A stretch of 64,000 nt of DNA. Origin: Octopus sinensis (lineage: Eukaryota). The stretch spans positions 5,394,001 to 5,458,000 of the forward strand of contig NC_042997.1 of assembly GCF_006345805.1 (NCBI RefSeq), written 5' to 3'. Of this stretch, positions 55,922 to 64,000 are shown piece after piece (within the stretch, counting starts at the first letter, position 1; every line of letters starts with the position of its first letter). The notes beneath the pieces were generated by a model. That model was not told the DNA's origin, searched no databases, and was given only the letters and a program-made list of their open reading frames with translations. The position numbers and the translations under genes were made by a program.

Positions 55922-56433
55922 CTAGCAGTATCGCCCGGCGTTGCTCGGGTTTGTAAGGGAAATAACTATATAAGCATTTTTAGAGAGTTACTTCCCTTAT
56001 AGATGCCAATTCGGGCTTTCTTAGCCATTTCTGTTTTGGTGTCTTCAAGCCATGAAGTCGTTGTTCTAAAAGAACGCTGGTCTCCTTGACAACGCTTTAC
56101 GACGTTGATTTCCTTACACTCCCTTCCCCACAGCTTCACGAGGGAGGGAAGAAGGGGAGAAGCAAACAGGTGCAGGTGTGACCGTGGACGCCAACTCCGC
56201 CGCCATCGACACACGAAAAATTATGCATTAAAATGGAATAAAAAATGATGTTAAATTATTTTTAAAATCGTAGACTCATCGTAGACGCGCGCTAATACAC
56301 AGACGGGCTCGATATGAATCCCGCCTATAAGATACCCGAATTTGGTTAAATTGCACCGCAAAATGTGGGAGTAGTTAGGAATCTAAATCGAATGGGACAG
56401 ACACTTACACAACTACAGTTTTATATATATAGA
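55922..56433 (-). mobile_element. Complete non-autonomous Helitron-type element
   Basis: Reverse complement begins a|TCtatatatataaaactg and ends cccgagcaacgccgggcgatactgCTAG|t; A|T insertion site. Confidence 0.8.
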
Positions 56434-56603
56434 TATATGCTTTATTTAAAAGTAGCAGAAATATAACAACAGCTGTTACTCAGTGTTTCACGTTCCCGTT
56501 CGTCGGATAGCTTTTATTATATTACACTACCTCTGGTATTTGAATAATCTTTTTTCCACCTTGTTTCACATTTACGTGAATACTCGGTATATATATATAT
56601 ATA

Positions 56604-56991
56604 TCTTTATATATAAAAGTGAAGTTGTGTGTCTGTCTCCTACGATTTAGATTCCTAACTACTCCCACATTTTACGGTGCAGTTTAACCAAGAGTGGGTA
56701 TCTTATAGTCGTGATTCATATCGAGTCCTTCTGGGTATTAGCGCACGTCTACGATGAGTCTACGATTTAAAAAAAAAATTACCATCATTTTTTTCCGTTT
56801 TAATGCATTTTTTCGCTATTATATAAGGGAAGTAACTCTCTAAAAACGTCTACGAAGTGTCAACGATTTAAAAAAAATTTACCTTAATTTTTTTTCAATT
56901 TTTAATGCATTTTTTGCTATTTTTTGGCTATAACTCTCTAAAAATGCTTATATAGTTATTTCCCTTACAAACCCGAGCAACGCCGGGCGAT
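56604..56991 (+). mobile_element. Second Helitron-type copy (same family, opposite orientation, internally rearranged, lacks terminal CTAG)
   Basis: a|TCtttatatataaaag start, cccgagcaacgccgggcgat end; internal ~100-bp tandem duplication. Confidence 0.8.
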
Positions 56992-57255
56992 TATAACAAA
57001 AAGCATTTATTACCACAACAATTTCTTCGGCTTCACGTTGTATTGCTCCTAAGTGAGCGTGAAAAGATGTAATAAAACCAGATGCAACACACAATACAAA
57101 AGAGCAGCTTCATGCGCTATAATACGCTTATGAGTTCACAAATTTCCTTTTCAATTTCGCTTCTAGGCATATGGTAATACTGAAAGATTCTACCAGTTTG
57201 GATACATGTGGGCTAATGAGGATTTGGTTAAGAAGAAAATAAAAAAAAAAACTAT

Positions 57256-57505
57256 AAACGTGCCTTTTTAAAGCCTAGCCAGGCTCATGGGCCCGGTTTC
57301 CCGCTTTCAATGGTCTATGTGTTCCCCAGCTGGCCGGGACGCCAGTCCATCGCAGCGTTACTCATTTTTGCCAGCTGAGTGGATTGGAGTAACGTGAAAT
57401 GAAGTGTTTTGTTCAAGAACACAACGCGTCGCCCGGTCCAGGAATCGAAACCACAATCTTACGATCATGATGCTGACACCCTAACCACTAAACCACTCGC
57501 CTCAC
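57256..57505 (-). mobile_element. SINE family C (tRNA head plus CORE-like body)
   Basis: Reverse complement closely matches 63452-63700 along its whole length. Confidence 0.9.
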
Positions 57506-57715
57506 AGGAATAAAATCCCAAATCATTTAACTTGAATCGAGTGGGGGTGTCAATACATCTGGTCATGGTTTTATTGCTAAAAATGAAAAATAAAAGTAAA
57601 AATAAATTATAAGAAATTTAGTGTATATGGGTGGAAATTAGAGCAGCCCAGTGTGTGTGCAAAACTTATGTATATATATATATATATGCATATATATCCC
57701 AGTGTGTGTAGGTGT

Positions 57716-57751
<36 letters not shown>

Positions 57752-57838
57752 GTGTGTGTGTGTGTGTATGTATATATGTGTATATATATACATATATATA
57801 TATATATATAGGTGTGTGTGTGTGTATGTATATATGTG

Positions 57839-57930
<92 letters not shown>

Positions 57931-58020
57931 CAACAATTGAGGGTAAAATTAATTAATCAATCAATTCACTAAGTGTTCAGTATGTAAAAGGACCATTTAA
58001 GGCGAATTCAAAATATTACA

Positions 58021-58276
58021 TTATATAATTACGGCTTAGTAAAACAAATTACTTTGCCACATACTGAACTTAGTAGAAATAGCAGCCAAAAAAGTTTTTT
58101 TAGCCGGTTCTACTACTTAAAGAAAGTTTCTCTTCGTGAGCTGTCTGGAGTAAACATTATCTGAGAGAAACTTTCTTTAAGTAGTAGAAACGGCTAAAAA
58201 AACTTTTTTGGCTGCTATTTCTACTAAGTTCAGTATGTGGCAAAGTAATTTATTTTACTAAGCCCTAATTATATAA
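58021..58276. repeat. Near-perfect 113-bp inverted repeat with 30-nt loop
   Basis: 58021-58133 versus 58164-58276; three mismatches seen by manual comparison. Confidence 0.95.
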
Positions 58277-59520
58277 AATATATATATATATATATATACA
58301 TGTATGTAAGAACACAGACTCACATGCACACAGGCATACACTCACACACACACACAATTATATATATTGTTTCAGATGGAGAGTTTTTATGCTCGGCCAT
58401 CACCTCGGACACCTAGGTCGAACTAATTATGAATTCAGAACTTTTTTTTTTTTAAGCCTAGAACCTCTTCCATCGGCTTCATATTCAAATGCTCTAAGAT
58501 AACGGGACGCAACACAGATTGCAAAATGTTTGTGACGGAGGAAGTGCAGCGCGCACACACAGACACATTCACACACATACACACACATACACGCATTTAA
58601 TCTAGCAAAACACAGAAGGCCTCTTCCATGTTGATGTCCTTTCATTCTTAAAGGATCCTTATATCTCATTTATATATATATGCATGATATATGCAATGGC
58701 AGCCATTCTTTCGCACGTGTAATTTTCCCTGCAAGTAAAGTCTCTCGAAAATTGCAAAAAGATAGATTGAGGATGAAGTTGATAGTATTTTGTAGTTGAA
58801 TATAATTATCAACATATCATTTAGAGAAAAGTTGCAGTCAACTGGTGAAATCTATGCTTGTATCTTCCTTGATTCCGAGCACACTTCTCATGAAGAAAAC
58901 AGAGTTGGGGATTGCATAGTTCTCAAGAAAATTTTCTAAATAATATCGAATGGTTGTAAGCATGTATACCGAATTTATTGGTTACTAGAAGAGATGACTT
59001 GTAAATAAATGTGAATTGATTTACTTTTATGCACTATAATTTTGTAACCAAAGTTGTTTTGTTTACATTTACTCTTCGCGATTCCTCCTACCGTTAAAGA
59101 AATGGGTTTGTGAAACGTGAGACAAAATCATAGATTGATTAATAACATTTCGTGTTATACACTTTTAGGGCGTACACATGTGATACAATGAATTACAGTA
59201 CTCTAATTAATTAATTAATTGTTTGATTAATTATTTCAAAGGCTCTAGCTTTTTGCGTTCGCAAAATATCTATTTTTAAAAAGAGAGTAAAAAATACGGA
59301 AATCGGTTATAATAATGTTGTCATCCAATCTCATTGCTTTGAAGGTATGATGTTCTACTACAAAGAGAAAAAAAAATAGAGAAAAACGTTCCAGAGTTTT
59401 AAAAACATTTACCTTTAAAAACATTTACCTTTGTCATATGGAAAGGATCTAGATAGAATCTTCTATTCCAAATCCTTTATGTTGTAAAATGCGAATTCGC
59501 CTCCCATATTATTTATATAT

Positions 59521-59674
59521 TGTAATGGAATAATAGTAATAAGAGTACAACCCTCCCACGTGACGAGATCATATGATAGTTATGATAAATACTGCCAGTC
59601 AGTGTTAGTAAGTAGAGAGTATGAAGTAGACGGTCGTAGATAGCCGTGGTCTTACTTGTGTAACTGACTATACA
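59521..59674 (+). repeat. 5' LTR (TG...CA)
   Basis: tgtaatggaataatagtaataag...cgtggtctt...ctataca; homologous to 62499-62650. Confidence 0.75.
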
Positions 59675-61999
59675 AATGTATTAAACGGTGAAACGGGTAA
59701 AAGATTGTAGTTTGTTGGCGAATTTTTGTGTAACGTGACCTTTCGTGTGGCTAAATGAAAACGGCAAAATATATATGTTAAAAAATTCAGTTACTCTCTT
59801 CGGTAGAGAATGGTTGGAACTATTCAAATCGTGGAATACGCCCATAAGTGTGTTGTACAGGAATATAACCGGTTCAGTTGAAAGTTCGAATGCGGCTGAG
59901 GGATTGAAACAAAAAACAAAATATTTATTTCCAGATGTTTTCTCAGATGAACTGGGCTGTGCACGAAAAAAAAGACAAAAATTGTAATAAAACAAAGTGC
60001 AACTTTTGTATTAAAACCAAAACGGAAAGCATCATTCGCGGTGCTATACCAGGTAAATAAACAATTTGAAAGACTTGAAAGCCTAGCATTAATCGAGAAG
60101 ACGGACCAATCAGACTGGGCAGCACGTACGGCAGAATAATGGGAGCTATTTCAAAAAAAAATTAAATAATTGGGATAGATAATAGATAAAACCGGATGGA
60201 AACCGGATCCAACCAGAGCAACTGCGATAAAAAGTATGCTCACGCCGAAAAATGTGACTATGCTAGAAGCGTGCCAAATGGAATTTTATGAGTTTAAAAT
60301 AAGAGCCAGATGGCATTTTACGAGTTTTAAAATAAGTGCCAGATGGCATTTTACAAGTTTAAAAAAAGCATTTAAAAATCGTACTTACAATTATCTAATT
60401 TTGATCCAAAGTTGGATATGATATTGACCACAGATGCGGGTGATTACGGTGTAGGAGCCGTGCTTCTGCACAAATATGACGATGGGAGTAAAACGTTTAA
60501 AGCACATGTGCCACGACCGTTATTGCTAGATGAAGGGAACTATAGTTAGATAGAAAAGGAAGTGTTAGCAATCATATTCGGTGTGAACAAATTCCATAGA
60601 TTTATTCACGGGAGAAGGTTCCGTCTACAAACAGATCCTCAACCACTACTATTAATATTCAGTTCTAAAATGGAATACCAACACACACAGGGAATAGACT
60701 ACAGTGACGGGATACTACGTTATTGAATTATGATTTCAAAATGGAATATTTACCGTATGTGGTTAAACATAATTTAGGAGCTGGACAGGGGATTCATTGT
60801 TGTCGGAAGGCAGAAGGAGAATTTCGTGAATAGGGACAAAAGTGGATCGGATCGGACGAATAGTGGTTGTTTGTTTTGCTAACTTATAGACTGATAGCGA
60901 AACACTGCATACCATTCGAAGATACAGTAACTGCAGCATTAAGATTCGGAAGGAGAAAGAAAAAAAATTGTAATGTTGAATGCAATATGCGAAATACCAG
61001 TGACCCTTGAAGATATAAAACGAAATGCGGTAAAGGAGAAATTCATAAGAGTAATGAAAAGAATACTGTAGACAGGAAAAATAAATAGGAACATGATTGG
61101 TGCGAAACGAAACCGAGATGTGAACTTATGCTCAATGTGTGATGGTATACTGATGTATGCTGAGACATTGGTAATGCCCGAAACATTGCAAAAGTAGATG
61201 GTGAGGGAAGTTCATGCTAAACATTCTGGTATTTCGAGGATGAAAACTTTAATGCGTAACTGCGTGTACAGGCAAAAATTGGATAGAGAAATGGAGAATA
61301 TAATGAAAGACTGCTGAGAATGGGCTCGAGCGGCAAAATTATTCGACGATAAAAAGTGAACCTTGACCAGAAGTGGAGACAAGACACCGAATACGCTGGT
61401 CCCTTTAACGGTTCATACTACTTAGTGGTAGTAGATAGATTCTCTAAATGACCAGAAAATTGTCAGTGTAAAAAGACAACCTCCTCCACTGCGAAAAACA
61501 TTTTTACTTGAACTGTTTAAGAGATTTGGCATCCCAAACGCGATAGCGTCTAACAACGGAACGCAATTTATGTCTTTTGCATTTAACGGACAATCAGAGC
61601 ACCTTGCCGATACGTTCAAGGGAGCCCTAAGAAAGTCGAATACGTAAGTCACGGATGCGGTGGCCCTACAAAAAGTCTTAAGAGTGGACTAAGTAACACC
61701 AAATCCAAAAACGTCAGCAGGTGCTGATGTTTGCGAGAAAAATAAAATCAGTCTTCGACAAATTACTACCTAGCAAGGAAAGAAAAGTTACGATGGAAAA
61801 TGCAGCAAGATATTACAAAATTGGTGAAAAGGTATTTGTTAGGGCATATAATAACGGAAAGCAAGTTTGGGAAAACTGAATGATTACCAAATGCATAGGA
61901 AAAATGCTATACTTAGTAATAGGGGTATACAAGAGATACGTGAACCAGCTAAAAAAAGATTCGAGAGCGAGCTCAAGAGAATGGAAGAAACAATAGAAT

Positions 62000-62275
62000 G
62001 TTTATATGATTGTGTTCTCGAGCAAGGCACTTTATTTCACGTTGCCCCAGTTCACTCAGCTGTAGAAATGAGTTGCGACGTCACAGGTGCCAAGCTGTAT
62101 CGACCTTTGTATTTCCCTTGGATAACACTGGTGGCGTGGAGAGGGGAGGCCGGTATGCATGGGTGACTGCTGGCCTTCCATAAACAACCTTGCCCGGACT
62201 TGTGTCTAGGAGGGTAACTTTCTAGGTGCAATCCCATGGTCATTCATGACCGAAGGGGGTCTTTACCCTTTACTT
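62000..62275 (+). mobile_element. SINE family D (head truncated) inserted in the Gypsy element
   Basis: gtgttctcgagcaaggcactttatttcacgttgccccagttcactcagctg CORE-like segment followed by ...ggtcattcatgaccgaagggggtc. Confidence 0.6.
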
Positions 62276-62498
62276 TACAAGTACCAGCTCCACTACAAAT
62301 AATTAAACACAGACGCATGAGCGTAAGCAAAAGAAAATGTACGGACTTCCTGGAAGTGGATGCCACACGAGAAAAATATTAGATGTGTAACTGTATGAAA
62401 AAAAACATTAAAAATATGCGTTAGGGTGATGTAAAAATTATTGCTATTTAAAGAAGTGAATTATATTCCCTAAAAAAATGAAAGATTAAAATGGGAGA

Positions 62499-62650
62499 TG
62501 TTATGGGGATAATAGTAATAAGGGTGCACCCATCCCACGGGACGATTGGTAAGTAATAGTCATTATAAATAATGTCAGTCAGTGTCAATAAAAAGTACGA
62601 AGTAAATGTTGATTGATAGTCGTGGTCTTGTCTAACTACACTGCTATACA
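62499..62650 (+). repeat. 3' LTR (TG...CA)
   Basis: tgttatggggataatagtaataag...cgtggtctt...ctataca, preceded by a polypurine tract. Confidence 0.75.
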
Positions 62651-63003
62651 GGAAGAAGCGTGATACCAGTTTGACGAAAGGATTACCACACACACACACA
62701 CACACGCGCACACACACATACACAAACATATTCCGGATACACTGCTGTGGTTCAAGAGATACTCTCTTAGTAAGACTATCTAAAATAATGATATTTTTAA
62801 TGTTTTAATATCATTTTGAGAACAAAAAGTCAACATTGTGTATTTTAACAATGCTTTTTTCTAGCTGGCCCAAGTTAAGACGTCAGTGAACAATTACTGT
62901 CAACAGATGAAACTCGTGATCTATATAGGTACAAGTATAACCACTTAAGCTTCAGAAACGAAACAGGTATGTAGGTGCGTCTATATGAATGTGTGTGTGT
63001 GTG

Positions 63004-63069
<66 letters not shown>

Positions 63070-63076
63070 TTGTGTG

Positions 63077-63141
<65 letters not shown>

Positions 63142-63199
63142 CATACATACATAGATACATACATACGTACATTTACATAAATATATATACATGGTTATA

Positions 63200-63230
<31 letters not shown>

Positions 63231-63451
63231 TATATATATATACACACACACACTTATATATACATATGTACACACGCCCACACAAAAACACAGAGCGCGC
63301 ATGAATGCTTGTATACATGTATGTATTCATATGCATGAGCATATGTGAGTGTGTGCGTGTGTGTATATGTTTAAATAAATACATATATATATATATGTGC
63401 GTGTGTGTGTGTGTGTGTATTTTTTAATGTGTGTATATATATATAATATAT

Positions 63452-63700
63452 GTGGAGGCGCGTGGCTTAGTGGTTAGGGTGTCAGCATCATGGTCTTAAG
63501 ATTGTCGTTTCGATTCCTGGACCGGCGACGCGTTGTGTTCTTGAGCAAAACACTTCATTTTACGTTGCTCCAGTCAACTCAGCTGGCAAAAATGAGTAAC
63601 GCTGCGATGGACTGGCGTCCCGTCCAGCTGGGGAACACATACGCCATAGAAAACGGGAAACCGGGCCCATGAGCCTGGCTAGGCTGTAAAGGGCGCATTT
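63452..63700 (+). mobile_element. SINE family C, full length
   Basis: gtggcttagtggttagggtg A box, gtttcgattcc B box, ttgagcaaaacactt CORE-like segment. Confidence 0.9.
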
Positions 63701-63733
63701 ATTATGTATATATAATATATATATATATATAAT

Positions 63734-63940
63734 GGGAAGGTTTATGAAAATAAACAAAAGACGAAGGCAGGTGGAGTACAAACAAACAATGTATTAGTAT
63801 GGCGCTCAGGAATATAAATAAAACAAGTCTTTTACGTTTCGAGCCTACGCTCTTCGACAGAAAGATACGTAGATAAGAAACAAGGAGAGAAATAAGGAGA
63901 TAAAAAATTGCGTGTAGGGGCTAACGATCCAACATGGCGT
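63734..63940 (-). mobile_element. Short Penelope-terminus-like repeat carrying a hammerhead motif, inserted in (TA)n
   Basis: Homologous to 10752-10932; no ORF. Confidence 0.75.
63828..63865 (-). ncRNA. Minimal hammerhead ribozyme motif with variant core CUGUCGA
   Basis: Reverse complement: TCTTT-CTGTCGA-A-GAGC(gtag)GCTC-GAAA-C-GTA-AAAGA; stems I (5 bp) and II (4 bp) perfect. Confidence 0.7.
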
Positions 63941-64000
63941 TATATATATGTATATATATAAATTTACATAAATGTATGCACTTGTATGTATACAGACTTA

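Larger units (their letters stand above)
59521..62650 (+). mobile_element. Internally deleted, degenerate Ty3/Gypsy LTR retrotransposon
   Basis: LFPDVFSDELGC and DWAA (start of RT); RNase H ([43 protein letters not shown]); integrase (HSGISRMKTLMR, YAGPFNGSYYLVVVDRFSK, FGIPNAIASNNGTQF); purine tract aaaatgggaga before the 3' LTR; no gag seen. Confidence 0.85.

Overview
AT-rich, microsatellite-saturated metazoan DNA. The repeat families and composition suggest an octopod cephalopod (inference). I found no convincing host protein-coding exon, tRNA, rRNA or CRISPR array; nearly all ORFs in the supplied track are translated microsatellites. The window is a graveyard of mobile elements. It holds three R4/Dong-like and two other REL-endonuclease non-LTR fragments, a CR1/L2-like RT remnant, an L1/Tx1-like RT remnant and a probable Tx1 3' end. 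It also holds several Penelope-like (GIY-YIG) pieces, an internally deleted Ty3/Gypsy with two diverged LTRs, Helitron-type non-autonomous elements, Tc1/mariner remnants, foldback MITEs, a zinc-finger RTE-like 3' end and many tRNA-derived SINEs (labelled families A-E here, ad hoc). The most interesting signals are RNA-structural. Minimal type-I hammerhead ribozyme motifs occur in three different Penelope-like terminal repeats, one with a variant CUGUCGA core but perfect stems. Long inverted repeats are unusually frequent (113-bp near-perfect hairpin, ~375-bp arms, a head-to-head Helitron pair, palindromic (AAT)n(ATT)n). One SINE body carries three alternative 3' tails. Mobile-element boundaries are approximate unless exact motifs are quoted.
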